DNA of 64,000 bases from an uncultured Chthonomonadaceae bacterium (GTDB lineage Bacteria; Armatimonadota; Chthonomonadetes; Chthonomonadales; Chthonomonadaceae): contig CAWFQB010000001.1 in the NCBI GenBank assembly GCA_963817895.1, positions 1,280,001-1,344,000 on the forward strand. The letters run 5' to 3'. Shown in pieces: positions 54,144 to 64,000 of this stretch. Position 1 is the first letter of the stretch, and each line of letters starts with the position of its first letter. Below the pieces are notes generated by a model. It was not told the origin of the DNA and did no database searches. It worked only from the letters and a program-made list of their open reading frames with translations. Made by a program: the position numbers and the translations under genes.

Positions 54144-55880
54144 CTACGGGTGAGTTTGGTTGGGGGTGATTCCCTGACCCTCCGTAACGGTGACGATGCG
54201 GTTGCCTGCCACGTTATGCAGTATCTCCTTCTGTCCATCCGGCCAGCGTATCTCAACCGTGTCCAAAGTGGCCTGCGTTCCCAATCCCCAGTGAACGCGC
54301 GGGTCGCTGGAAGATAGATAGGATGAGGCCGGGGATACCTGCCCAATCCAGATTTGATTGCCGGATCTGCCGCGCAACTGCGCCCCATACGCGAAACGGT
54401 TTTGTCCCCTGCCGCGCAGGTCGAAGGTAATCCAGTGGTTAGCAGTTGTGGAAACGTTGCGCATCAGGACGGGCGCGCCCTCGAAATCCACAACCAGAAA
54501 ATCCATACGCCCGTCATTATCAAAATCCCCGGCGGCAAGTCCGCGCCCAAGCAGCGGCTTCGCCAGTTCACTGCCCGCCGGTGAAATCAACTGTTGGAAC
54601 TTACGCCCGTTCTCATTGCGAAACAGTAGAAGGGGTTGACGGAATGTGGAGCCGGGATCGGTGCGGCTGATGGCGTCGTAAACGTGGCCTGCGGTGAACA
54701 CAAGGTCGGGCCAGCCGTCGTTGTCCATGTCCAGCCATTTGGTTCCGAAACCGAGCGGCTTGAAGGTGGGAACGCTCAGGCCCGTCGCGTCGTTCGCCTG
54801 CTCGAAGGTCGCCTGCCCCGTGTTGTGAAATATGGCAAAAGATTCATCCGAGAACGCGGTGACAACCAGGTCGGGGCGGCCATCCCGGTCGTAATCGCCC
54901 CAATCCGCGCCCATCGCGGCAATCGCATGATCCAGCGAACCATACGCCACGCCGCTTTCCACGCCGATATTGCGAAAATGCAGGCTGCCCTCATTGCGCA
55001 TCAGTTCGGCGGGCGTGCCGTCGTTGCCGATGTAAAAGTCCATGCGCCCGTGATCGTCGGGATCGCCAAACGCCACCACCAGCGCTTTGCCGTGCGTCTG
55101 CTTCATGCCGGAACGGGCGGTCACGTCCCGAAAATGTCCGCCCCCGATGTTTTCCCACAATTCGCCGAATTCCGGTTTGTAGGTGGAGGGCGGGCAGCCG
55201 GTTTGAATTCCGGGCGCGGGCGAACAGTATTGCATTTCCCCCGGCCCGAAAACGACATAGTTCAATACAACCAGATCGAGCCTGCCATTTCCCGCCAAAT
55301 CCATAAATCCCACGCTGCTGCCCCAGTGGTTGCGGTTATGCGGGTCCAGTCCCGCCCCACTCGTGGTGTTGACAAACCCTTTCACAGGGTCATTGCGCAG
55401 GAGGGCAAGGCAACGGTAGCCGGTCAGCAGTATGTCGAGACGGCCATCCCCGTCGTAATCCCCGACCGCGCAGCCTGTCCAGTAACCCTGAACTTTGGAC
55501 AGACCGACAGATTCGGTAACATCGGCAAAGCGCCCGTTGCGCAGGTTGTGGTACAAACGGCAATGAGGGCGAGCAACCAGCAGAATATCCTGCCAGCCGT
55601 CGTTGTCATAGTCCAGAAACGCGCAGCCGCTGCCGAAGGCTTCCAGACTGCGCATGGGGCGCGGTTGCGCGGGCCAAACATAGCCCAATCCGGCGGAGGC
55701 AGAGACGTTTTCAAAACCAATGCCATTCCAGGAGGTAGAAGCGGGCGGCGTAACAGGAGCGAGAACAGAAGCGGGAGCAGATGAATGGCGGCATCCTCCG
55801 CATAGGAGAAGCAGCCCCAAAATCAGGAGCCAGAGCGCGTGGCAGCCGCGAACCTGCCGGTAGGTTCGTATCGTAAACAT
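54144..55880 (-). CDS. CRTAC1-family lipoprotein (FG-GAP/VCBS repeats + ASPIC/UnbV)
   Basis: Repeated D(Y/F/M)D(N/G/R)DGxxD, SYLSSSDPRVHWGLG, IRWPDG; lipobox-like LLCGGC after ATG 55880. Confidence 0.9.
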   Translation of the reverse strand: MFTIRTYRQVRGCHALWLLILGLLLLCGGCRHSSAPASVLAPVTPPASTSWNGIGFENVSASAGLGYVWPAQPRPMRSLEAFGSGCAFLDYDNDGWQDILLVARPHCRLYHNLRNGRFADVTESVGLSKVQGYWTGCAVGDYDGDGRLDILLTGYRCLALLRNDPVKGFVNTTSGAGLDPHNRNHWGSSVGFMDLAGNGRLDLVVLNYVVFGPGEMQYCSPAPGIQTGCPPSTYKPEFGELWENIGGGHFRDVTARSGMKQTHGKALVVAFGDPDDHGRMDFYIGNDGTPAELMRNEGSLHFRNIGVESGVAYGSLDHAIAAMGADWGDYDRDGRPDLVVTAFSDESFAIFHNTGQATFEQANDATGLSVPTFKPLGFGTKWLDMDNDGWPDLVFTAGHVYDAISRTDPGSTFRQPLLLFRNENGRKFQQLISPAGSELAKPLLGRGLAAGDFDNDGRMDFLVVDFEGAPVLMRNVSTTANHWITFDLRGRGQNRFAYGAQLRGRSGNQIWIGQVSPASSYLSSSDPRVHWGLGTQATLDTVEIRWPDGQKEILHNVAGNRIVTVTEGQGITPNQTHP

Positions 55881-56152
55881 AGGTTTCAAAACTTCCGGTG
55901 GATTACGCGAAACAATTACCTTCCGGGTACGGGGCTTTGTCGGAATTTTTCCGCAAGCGCAAATGCCCGCTGCCGAAGGATTCCGACAGCGGGAAGAGCG
56001 TATAGATATTGCAAACCGCGCCTGCGATATATCAGGTCCAATACACTGCGGCGTAAATACGCGCAGTTTTCCATTCGCAGGACGGTTAGCCGGAGGACTG
56101 ATAACCGGCGTTTGCGCGTCGGAATCCAGACGCAGGCTTATGCCACAGCGTA

Positions 56153-56392
56153 CTAGTGACCACCAGATGTGGGCATTCCACCGGAGCGTGGCTGTCCGCT
56201 CCCGCCGCGCGCCGCTTTCTGCGCATAGTTGGGATCGGACGTGGTATTGTTGACTGCGCCCGCCTTCTGGCCGCCCGCATAACCGGTAGCCGGAGCCTCG
56301 GAAGCGGGTTTGCCGCAACCTGTCAACAGCGCGGAGGACGCGCCCAATGCAAGGATGCCCATTATCACAGGGGCGAAAGCGTGTTTCTTCAT
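56153..56392 (-). CDS. Small lipoprotein
   Basis: MKKH...hydrophobic stretch...LTGC lipobox, G/A-rich tail. Confidence 0.7.
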   Translation of the reverse strand: MKKHAFAPVIMGILALGASSALLTGCGKPASEAPATGYAGGQKAGAVNNTTSDPNYAQKAARGGSGQPRSGGMPTSGGH

Positions 56393-56520
56393 GATTGTCT
56401 CCATTTCTTCGGAAAGTCAGACGCCGCAACGCATCTTTCAGGCGACTTGATTAACTATACCCGAACAAGATTGCTGATTACTACGCGCGCAAGCCCCATC
56501 TTGTTTCTAAACGGAACCAA

Positions 56521-56636
56521 TACTCAGGTATTCAGGTATTCAGGTATTCAGGTGTTCGGCTGACAGCCCTCTTCCACCAAAGTAGATATGGAATTTCGTA
56601 TTCCCTGAACACCTGAATACCTGAATACCCGAACCC
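56521..56636. repeat. Inverted octamer-array hairpin, TCAGGTAT ... ATACCTGA
   Basis: TCAGGTATTCAGGTATTCAGGTATTCAGGTGTTCGG versus CTGAACACCTGAATACCTGAATACCCGAA. Confidence 0.8.
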
Positions 56637-56654
56637 CCAACACCGGAGTTGATT

Positions 56655-57131
56655 ATGCCCGATATGCTGGTACAACTGCTGAAATTGCCACCCTTAGAAC
56701 CGTTGCTGACCGACTTGCGAACGCGGGGCGTAATTGTTCGCCGCGCGCATCCGTTTGAAAGTACAGCCATACGGCAGTTCATCGAGAAAAACTTTTCCAC
56801 AGGATGGGCGGATGAAGTCATGCCCTGCTATGCCCGCCAACCCATCAGTCTGTGGATCGCCATTCGCGGCGGCAAAGTAATCGGCTTCGGCGCGTATGAG
56901 GCCACCCGGCGCAATTTCTTCGGGCCGACGGGCGTGTTGGAAGCCGAGCGCGGCAACGGAATCGGTAAAGCTTTGCTGCTCGCCTGCCTGCACGGAATGC
57001 GCGATATGGGCTACGCCTACGGCATCATCGGCGGCGTCGGCCCCATTCCCTTCTATGAAAAAGCGGTCGGCGCAACCCTCATCCCCGATAGCATACCGGG
57101 AATCTATGCGGATATGCTGAAAAAGAGTTGA
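56655..57131 (+). CDS. GNAT-family N-acetyltransferase
   Basis: FGPTGV..AERGNGIGKALL, FYEK. Confidence 0.9.
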   Translation: MPDMLVQLLKLPPLEPLLTDLRTRGVIVRRAHPFESTAIRQFIEKNFSTGWADEVMPCYARQPISLWIAIRGGKVIGFGAYEATRRNFFGPTGVLEAERGNGIGKALLLACLHGMRDMGYAYGIIGGVGPIPFYEKAVGATLIPDSIPGIYADMLKKS

Positions 57132-57163
57132 AACCACGGAAGACACGGAGGGAGATAATCAGG

Positions 57164-57373
57164 TTAGTAACCATCAGGACGAGCGGCCTGATGGAATTCT
57201 CGCCACAGCGCCATCGTTTGCTGAACGGCTTCCTCAGGCGTCTTGCCTGCCTCACGAAAAGCGGCATATGCCTGCTGTACCACCGCGTAACGGGGAAGCC
57301 ATTGTAAGGCTTCCTCATCGGTTTGTATTGGTTCTCCGGGCTGTAGAGAGTGTGTTTTGTTTTCTGGCGTCAT
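57164..57373 (-). CDS. Small hypothetical protein
   Basis: ~69-aa helical-looking ORF from MTPENK. Confidence 0.4.
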   Translation of the reverse strand: MTPENKTHSLQPGEPIQTDEEALQWLPRYAVVQQAYAAFREAGKTPEEAVQQTMALWREFHQAARPDGY

Positions 57374-57593
57374 CGTAACCCTGACCACTTTCTTTAGCAA
57401 GAAGCCTAAGTATAAGGGCAGGGTCTCATAGATACCGTTATAATTATACGTGACACTTTCTTTTGATATAGAGTTCCCTTTATTTTATCTTCGCCTGTAT
57501 TATCGGCAAATCTGCCTGTATTCTGACGAACCTTGTTCGTCCTGGCGGCTATCTAAGGTGACGTGTGTCCTGCAAAGCTCTTCACTCCTGCTT

Positions 57594-58757
57594 TCACATG
57601 TCTGACAGGGATGTGTTCGCTGTCAGCGGAAGGGTAAAGGAGAAGACGCTGCCTTTACCCGGTTCGCTGTCCACGTTGATGCTGCCGCCATGCGCTTCCA
57701 CCGCCAGTTTGCAGAACGTCAGGCCCAGACCGGTACTCACATGTCGCCCCGCCCTCCGGTTTTCCACCTGGCCAAACTTCTCGAAGATACGCCCGAAGGC
57801 TTCGGGCGGAATGCCTTCCCCTGTGTCGGTGACAGCAAACAGCAGGCTACGCTTGTCTTCTGCCTGCCGCGCTTCAATCGTTACCGTGCCGCCGGCCGGG
57901 GTGAACTTGATGGCATTTCCGAGCAGATTGACCAGAGTACGGCATAGCTTGTCCGCATCTCCCTGAAAGAGCGGGGGGTCCGGCCCGATTTTCGCCTCCA
58001 GCGTCAGGCCGTTGCCTTCAGCCAGGGAGACCACCTGGCTGATGGCGGAAGCAATCAGTCCGCCGGGAGACAGCGCGGCATAATCCAACTGCATTTCGCC
58101 GCTTTCCATCTTCTCCACGTCCAGCAGCGTGTTGATCATGCCCAGCAGCATCTGCCCGCCCATAATGGCAAGGTGTACAATCTCCTGCTGTAGCATATTC
58201 AGATCGTTGTCCCCTTCGAGCAGCTGCATGGCTGTAATGACTGAACTCAGGGGCGTGCGCAGATCATGAACCATCATGTTCGTCAGGTCGTCACGCATCC
58301 TTTCAAGTTCCTGCAGCCGCCCATAGCTTTCCTGTAGCTTGTCGGTGAAGAGAACCTCAATGTCATGGACGCGCCGCAGTTCGGTAACATCTTCAATAGC
58401 TAACACCAACAACTCTCTGTGATCGCCCGTCTTCAGCTTGCGGGCGTTGAGGAGCATCACGCGCCGCCCAATCGTTGGAAACGTATGTGCCAGTTCAAAA
58501 TCGTTGAAGACGGATTGCGCGGGAATAATGTCCTCGAGCAGAGTGCGCAGCGCGGGAATGTCCCACTGACCGTTGCCCAGTTCGTAAATCAGACGGTTCT
58601 CCGTTTCAACAGGAGAAACTTGAAAGGTCTGGTAAAAAGCGCGATTGGCGGAGTGGACGCGCAGCGTCGTATCCAGCATCAACAAGGGTTCGCGCACCGT
58701 GTCTACGATGTTCTGGGCGAAGTTTTGTATCGCCTCAACCTGTATGGTTTGTTTCAT
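57594..58757 (-). CDS. PAS-domain sensor histidine kinase (orphan)
   Basis: IVDTVREPLLMLD PAS domain, HDLRTPL, NLLGNAIKFT, DTGEGI, GLGL. Confidence 0.92.
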   Translation of the reverse strand: MKQTIQVEAIQNFAQNIVDTVREPLLMLDTTLRVHSANRAFYQTFQVSPVETENRLIYELGNGQWDIPALRTLLEDIIPAQSVFNDFELAHTFPTIGRRVMLLNARKLKTGDHRELLVLAIEDVTELRRVHDIEVLFTDKLQESYGRLQELERMRDDLTNMMVHDLRTPLSSVITAMQLLEGDNDLNMLQQEIVHLAIMGGQMLLGMINTLLDVEKMESGEMQLDYAALSPGGLIASAISQVVSLAEGNGLTLEAKIGPDPPLFQGDADKLCRTLVNLLGNAIKFTPAGGTVTIEARQAEDKRSLLFAVTDTGEGIPPEAFGRIFEKFGQVENRRAGRHVSTGLGLTFCKLAVEAHGGSINVDSEPGKGSVFSFTLPLTANTSLSDM

Positions 58758-58978
58758 TTGTTTGTCGCCAGGTTGGCAAGTGTTCATGTTTCTCCATTCG
58801 CCAGCGGAACCGCGCATCCGGTCTGCACATTGAATGCGTCTACCCACGCCATGAGACGCCCGCCCGGAGTTCTCTCGGCGATTGTAACTGCGCCCGCCAA
58901 TCGGAGTTCCATACCCGGCCTCATTTTTGATTCTCCCCGTGTTCTCCGCGTTCCCCGTGGTTTACTCCTCTGCCGTTT

Positions 58979-60116
58979 CTATTTCCCCGCCGTACCCGAT
59001 GCGCCTGTCAGCGTATCCGTAGGCAGGGCAATAGTGCTGGTGATTTTGGCGTGTTTGCGCAGGTCGGCGAGGAACGGCGTGACGCGCTTTTCCACGATCT
59101 GCTTCCATCCCGCGTCGCGCTGACTGGCGGGAATATCGGTTCCGCGCTTTTCCACCAGAAAGACGTACCAGCCGTCTTTGGTTCGTAGCGGAGCGCTTAC
59201 TTCGCCGGGTTTGAGGCGGAAGATGGCGTCCTCTATCTCTTTCGTGCCGGTGCCGCGCAGTGCCGCGCCGCGCAGGCCGCCCGTTGTCCGGGTTTCGTCC
59301 TCGTTGTGCGATTTGGCGACATCCGCGAACGGCTTTGCCGGCCTTCACTTCCGCCGCCCAAGTCTGAACGCGCTCTTTGGCGGCGGCAAACTCCTGCGCG
59401 TTCTGCTTTTCGTCCGTGCCCACATTCGCGCCCGCAAACAATTCCCGCAATATCACCCAATCGTCCGCGCCGATAGCGTGTCCGTTGCGCGCCGCGATGC
59501 TTTTGGCAAGCAGGCGTTCGCCCCGCAATCGGAACGCCATTTCGTCCAGAAAGATGTCGCGCGGCACGCGGAATTGCGCCAGTATCTCTTCATCCGGGGC
59601 TTTGATGTTCTTCTGCGCCCGCACCTGATCCATCAACTCATGTCCGGCCTGCACCGCTCTCCTCGCCGTGACCGTAATCCCCTGCCGTTTGGCTTCGCGG
59701 GCGACCAGGCGGTTCGTGACCAGATTGGAAAGATAGGTCGCGTAATCGCTTGCCGGCCCGCTGTACAGAGCTTTGTAAATGTCGGCTTCCGTCACGGTAT
59801 AATTGGGCGCGACACTGCCTGCCGCCCGCATCCGGTTCAACAAAATCATGCCGAGCGGGCGGTTCGCCAGATTATCCACCTTGAGCCACAGGTTGGTCAA
59901 GTCGCGCCGCGTAATCGCTTCGCCGTCTACGGTGGCGAGAACGTCGGAACCTCGGAGGGTTCCCTGATTTTCGATTTTCGATTTTCGATTTTCGATTTTC
60001 GAAGTGGTTGTTTTGTGGGCGGCGGGATTGTCGGCGCGGGCGAAAACAGGAACGGCGCAGGCGAGCGTCAGCAATACGGCAGACATATTATAAGGGAAGC
60101 GTAGCGAGCAGGGCAT
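58979..60116 (-). CDS. SurA/PrsA-like peptidylprolyl isomerase; apparent frameshift at ~59335
   Basis: Signal peptide and LATVDGEAITR. After the shift: FADVAKSHN.D..T...GGL, AIFRLKPGEVSAPLRTKDGWYVF. Confidence 0.75.
59966..60000. repeat. (GATTTTC)5 perfect heptamer repeat inside the PPIase CDS
   Basis: Five exact copies, encoding SKIENRKSKIEN. Confidence 0.9.
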
Positions 60117-60243
60117 GGGCGCGAAAACTCCTTGAAGAATTGGGTATTGCAACAAGTCTACCCTACACATTGTATAATAGAATAGACGCGAACGGGAACA
60201 GGTTCGTCAAAAGAAATGTACAGCATTGAAAGGGAACGCAGGG

Positions 60244-60951
60244 ATGATTGACCCGGAAGTGATTGCGCGGGTTGCGGAGCGCAAGATACAGGAAGCGATT
60301 GAAGAGGGCAAGTTCGACAATCTGCCGGGAAAAGGCAAGCCCATCGTGTTTGAAGAGGATGCCGGCGTTCCGCTGCACATCCGCATGGCGAACAAAGTGC
60401 TGAAAAACGCGGGCGGCCTGCCGGATTGGGTGATGGTGCAGCGCGATATTCTTGCCGAGCAGCAGGAAATCACGATCCTTCGCGCCCGATTGATTCGCGA
60501 AGGCGAGGCGAAGCGCAGCCATCTTGCGCATCTGCCCTCGTCCCATGCGCAGGTGACGCGGTTTGTAGAATGGCATGCCCGGTCACGCGCCAACCTTCTG
60601 CGTAAACTGAAAAGCGTCAACACGTCCATTCTGAAGTTTGCCATGACCGCTCCTTCGAACGCGCCCTCCTACGCTTCCTACAAAATCGAGCGTGAAATGG
60701 CCGAATTTGATGCCGCTTTCCCAACGCTGCAACAGGCCGCGCATCTGCCCGCGCCCGATGTAGATGTGGACAGCAAATTGAAGAATCTGGCGCGCGAACG
60801 TTACCGGCAGGGCGGCGGTGAAGTGAGCGTGTGGGCAAAGGCCGCAAGCCTGTTCGGGCTTGGCGGTTCTCCCGCTTCGGACAACGTGGGCGGCTACGAA
60901 AACGAGGACATCAAACGCGCCGACCTGCCTGATAACTACAACAGAGAATAA
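60244..60951 (+). CDS. DUF1992 (DnaJ-associated) domain protein
   Basis: AERKIQEAIEEGKFDNLPGKGKP, KVLKNAGGLPDW. Confidence 0.88.
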   Translation: MIDPEVIARVAERKIQEAIEEGKFDNLPGKGKPIVFEEDAGVPLHIRMANKVLKNAGGLPDWVMVQRDILAEQQEITILRARLIREGEAKRSHLAHLPSSHAQVTRFVEWHARSRANLLRKLKSVNTSILKFAMTAPSNAPSYASYKIEREMAEFDAAFPTLQQAAHLPAPDVDVDSKLKNLARERYRQGGGEVSVWAKAASLFGLGGSPASDNVGGYENEDIKRADLPDNYNRE

Positions 60952-60968
60952 TTTTCGTAATAAAGCGC

Positions 60969-61017
60969 CTCCCTCTCCTGGCGCGATGCGCGGCAAGGAG
61001 AGGGCCGGGGTGAGGTA
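60969..61017 (+). repeat. Extragenic palindrome CCCTCTCC...GGAGAGGG-CCGGGGTGAGG
   Basis: CCCTCTCCTG / CAAGGAGAGGG stem followed by GGGGTGAGG. Confidence 0.5.
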
Positions 61018-61045
61018 AATCGAAGCCTGTCGGTGAGGAGAGTTT

Positions 61046-62057
61046 TTGAATACAGTTGTCCCTGCCTCTGCCATGCGGTTTATGCGAGAGTTTGGGCTGC
61101 GCGTACCCATTGTGCAGGCTCCCACAGGCAGCATTGCCGGACCGGAACTGGCGATTGCCGTTGCCGAAGCGGGCGGCATGGGGGCACTCGCGCTGACGTG
61201 GACAAACCCGGAACAGGCAGCCTATTATGTGCGGCAGGCGCGGAAAGCGACAGGCGGCGCGTTTCTGGTCAATTTCGCGCTCGCGTTTCCGCCGAAGGCT
61301 CTAAACGCGGTTCTGGAAGCGGGCGCGAATATCATTTCATTTTCGTGGGGCGACCCGGAACCCTATCTTGGACAGATACGACAATTCGGCGCGAAGTGGG
61401 GCGTTCAAGTGACAAATGTAGCCGGAGCAAAACGGGCGTTGGATTTGGGCGCGGATTTTCTGGTTTGTCAGGGAGTAGAAGCGGGCGGGCATGTGCAGTC
61501 TGCCATCTCCGTTGCGCGAACTGCTGCCGCGCATTATGGACATTGCCGGAAATATGGGCGGAGTTCCGGTTCTGGCGGCGGGCGGACTGGCAACGGGACA
61601 CGACATTGCGCAGGTTTTGCAAATGGGCGCGGCAGGCGCGATACTGGGAACGCGCTTTGTCGCCACGAAGGAGAGCCGCGCGCATGAGGATTATAAACAA
61701 CGGCTTGTGCAGGCGAAAAGTGACGATACCGCCCTGACGGTGTGCTTTGACGGCGGATGGCCGCAGGCGATGCACCGCGTTTTACGCAATACGACGCTGG
61801 AAAATTGGGAAGCGGCAGGCAGTCCGCCTGTTGGACAACGCCCCGGCGAGAACGAAATAGTGGGCGCGACGGCAAGCGACGAATCCATCTTCCGCTATGA
61901 AGACACGGCTCCGCGTCAGGGATTTACGGGCGACATTGAGGCCATGTGCCTGTACGCCGGAACCGGCTGCGGGCAAATCAACGATATACCCGCCGCGCAG
62001 GATGTTGTCCGGCAATTGTGGGAAGAAACTATGCAATGTCTCCGTTCAGGGCGTTGA
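61046..62057 (+). CDS. Nitronate monooxygenase family flavoprotein; apparent frameshift at ~61505
   Basis: PIVQAP, AVAEAGGMG, QGVEAGGH, LAAGG, GTRFVATKES. Confidence 0.9.
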
Positions 62058-62348
62058 GGCAATACACTGTGCCGCAAACCCCACAAAGGATGCCAGACTT
62101 CCGAGCAAACAGAACCAGTCCGTCCTGTTGTCCGGCGTTTCCGCCAGTAACCGGCCATGCCTGCGAATCATGTAAACCCCCAACAGCAAAAATCCCGGCA
62201 CAATCCACCACACCTCGTTATGATGCTCCCCGCGAAAGTGTATCCCCATCAGCTTTTGCGCGGCCACGAATAGAGCGCCCCCAACCAGAAACATTCCCTG
62301 CCCGCGATTGGCGGTATATTGTGTATTTTTTTGCGCGTAAGGTGTCAT
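62046..62348 (-). CDS. Small membrane protein
   Basis: GGGAG RBS; three hydrophobic segments. Confidence 0.5.
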   Translation of the reverse strand: MTPYAQKNTQYTANRGQGMFLVGGALFVAAQKLMGIHFRGEHHNEVWWIVPGFLLLGVYMIRRHGRLLAETPDNRTDWFCLLGSLASFVGFAAQCIASTP

Positions 62349-62469
62349 GGACGTCTCCCGGCGGCAGGCGCGTAACAAGGGTTGACTTGGTAACAAAATA
62401 GAAACCCTCCTGTGCCGCCCTCTTGATAGTACCCTTTTTTGCCGATAACTTTGCGGAAAGGAGATTGCC

Positions 62470-63406
62470 ATGCGCCTTGTTACCCGTTCGGATTTTGATG
62501 GACTTGTTTGCGCCGTGCTGATCAAACAGGTCGAGCAGTTGGACGAGATTAAATTTGTTCACCCCAAAGACCTTCAGGATGGCGACTTTGAGGTACGCCC
62601 CGACGATATTTTCGCCAATGTGCCGTATATGCCCGGCTGCGGCCTGTGGTTCGATCATCATGCCATCGGAACTGAAGCGCGTGGTGGGCAAGAGGAATTC
62701 AAGGGCGTTTGCCGCCTCGCGCCCAGCGCCGCCCGCGTCGTGTACGACTATTATGGCGGCGCGGAACGCTTTCCCGGCATCGAAGAGATGATGCGCGAAG
62801 TGGACAAGGCGGACTCGGCGCAGTTCACCCGCGAGGAGATTCTGCATCCGACCGGCTGGCCGCTGCTCTCCTTTGTCATGGACGCGCGCACCGGTCTGGG
62901 CCGGTTCCGCGATTATCGTATCAGCAATTATCAACTGATGTTCGAGCTGATTGACGCCTGCACGCGCATGAGCATTGAAGAAATTTTGCAAATGCCTGAC
63001 GTGCAGGAGCGGGTTGTAGCGCTACTTCGAGCAGAACGCGCTGTTTCAGGACATGCTGCGCCAACACTCGTACACCAGCGGCAATGTGGTCGTCACGGAT
63101 TTGCGCGGCGTAGACCCAATCCATTCCGGCAACCGCTTCCTCGTCTACGCGCTGTACCCGGAGCAGAATACGTCCATCTGGATCGTCAACGGCAGGGGCA
63201 ACCAGAACTGCGTGTTCGCCTGCGGCCACAGCATCCTCAACCGAACGTCGCAAACGCACATCGGCGCGCTGATGCGCGACCACGACGGCGGCGGACACGA
63301 AGCGGCGGGAACCTGCCAGGTTCCCCACGAGGAGGCGGAAGCCACGCTGCGAAACCTGCTGGCCGTGATGCACAGCGATGAAGCGGCCCTGCTCGCCGCC
63401 GCCTGA
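62470..63406 (+). CDS. DHH-family phosphoesterase (exopolyphosphatase / nanoRNase-like); apparent frameshift at ~63020
   Basis: RLVTRSDFDG, WFDHH, DKADSA, GGGHEAAGTCQ. Confidence 0.9.
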
Positions 63407-63413
63407 ATACGTT

Positions 63414-63529
63414 TTCACCACAGAGACACAGAGACACAGAGGTTTCACAGAGGAGAGAAGAAAAGAAGGAGGCGTAAATCTCTTCCTCTTTTCATTTCTC
63501 TGTGACCCCTCTGTGTCTCTGTGGTGAAA
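63414..63529. repeat. Inverted repeat-array hairpin, CACAGAGA ... TCTCTGTG, between convergent genes
   Basis: TTCACCACAGAGACACAGAGACACAGAGG versus CCTCTGTGTCTCTGTGGTGAA. Confidence 0.8.
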
Positions 63530-63535
63530 TAATTT

Positions 63536-64000
63536 TCAAACTTCCAATCCCACAGCCCGCATGAGTTCAATGGCGTTGCTTTTGGCGACGACGCCGGGGC
63601 GCAGGTGGTAGTCGAAGGTCATTTTGCCGTCCAGCAGCTGGTCTTCCAGATGGACGTTGGCGGCGTGAAGGGCGGCGTCTTCGGCGATGCGGGCGAGGGC
63701 GAGGTCGTGCGTGGTGACAAGCCCGATGGCGCCGCGTTGGAGCAGGGCGCGGAGGATGGCTTCCGCGCCCTGCCGGCGGTCGTGCGAGTTCGTGCCGTGC
63801 AGAATCTCGTCGAGCAGAAACAGCAGGGGCGTGTTTTGCTGCGTCAGGTCTACGATCTGGCGCAGGCGCAGAATTTCGGCATAAAAGCGCGAAATGCCCG
63901 CTTCCAGCGAGTCCTGTGTGCGCAGGGACGCGCCGATACGCAGGGGGGAGAGGCGCAGCGAATAGGCGCGAACCGGAGCGCCCGCCAGAGCCAGAACCAC
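63536..64000 (-). CDS. MutS-related ATPase, C-terminal part (5' end outside the window)
   Basis: SRFYAEI, LLDEILHGTNS, VTTHDL, FDYHLRPG..SNA. Confidence 0.88.
   Translation of the reverse strand: MVLALAGAPVRAYSLRLSPLRIGASLRTQDSLEAGISRFYAEILRLRQIVDLTQQNTPLLFLLDEILHGTNSHDRRQGAEAILRALLQRGAIGLVTTHDLALARIAEDAALHAANVHLEDQLLDGKMTFDYHLRPGVVAKSNAIELMRAVGLEV

Overview
Bacterial chromosomal window with GC-rich codon usage. Gene style suggests Armatimonadota or a similar lineage, but that is inference only. Single-base frameshifts occur in many genes, including gyrB, which points to long-read indel errors rather than pseudogenes. Layout: a cytoplasmic poly-HAMP hybrid histidine kinase running off the left edge, preceded by two paralogous Cys-rich unknown proteins; gyrB; gmk-[two-gene insert]-coaBC-rodA; a MITE-interrupted nuclease-fold gene; a DegT aminotransferase and a GT4; glycoside hydrolases and other hydrolases (17-31 kb); IS630; an AraC-linked oxidoreductase/cupin/MFS cluster (33-42 kb); IS3; a cluster of palindromic recombinase-like sites; small toxin/antitoxin-type cassettes; dnaN; thrS; an (I/V)xxNQxx heptad mini-protein; a CRTAC1-like protein; GNAT; PAS kinase; PPIase; DUF1992; nitronate monooxygenase; DHH protein; and a MutS-like C-terminus. 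No rRNA, tRNA or CRISPR was seen. Best candidates for something undescribed: the Cys-rich paralog pair upstream of the kinase (5492-6734); three ATAA-N6-TTNT palindromic crossover-like sites around a SnoaL gene with no recombinase in the window (43875-44814); a family of inverted microsatellite hairpins, one apparently split around cargo genes; the two-gene cassette at the rpoZ position; and a structured RNA candidate 3' of a DUF3800 remnant.
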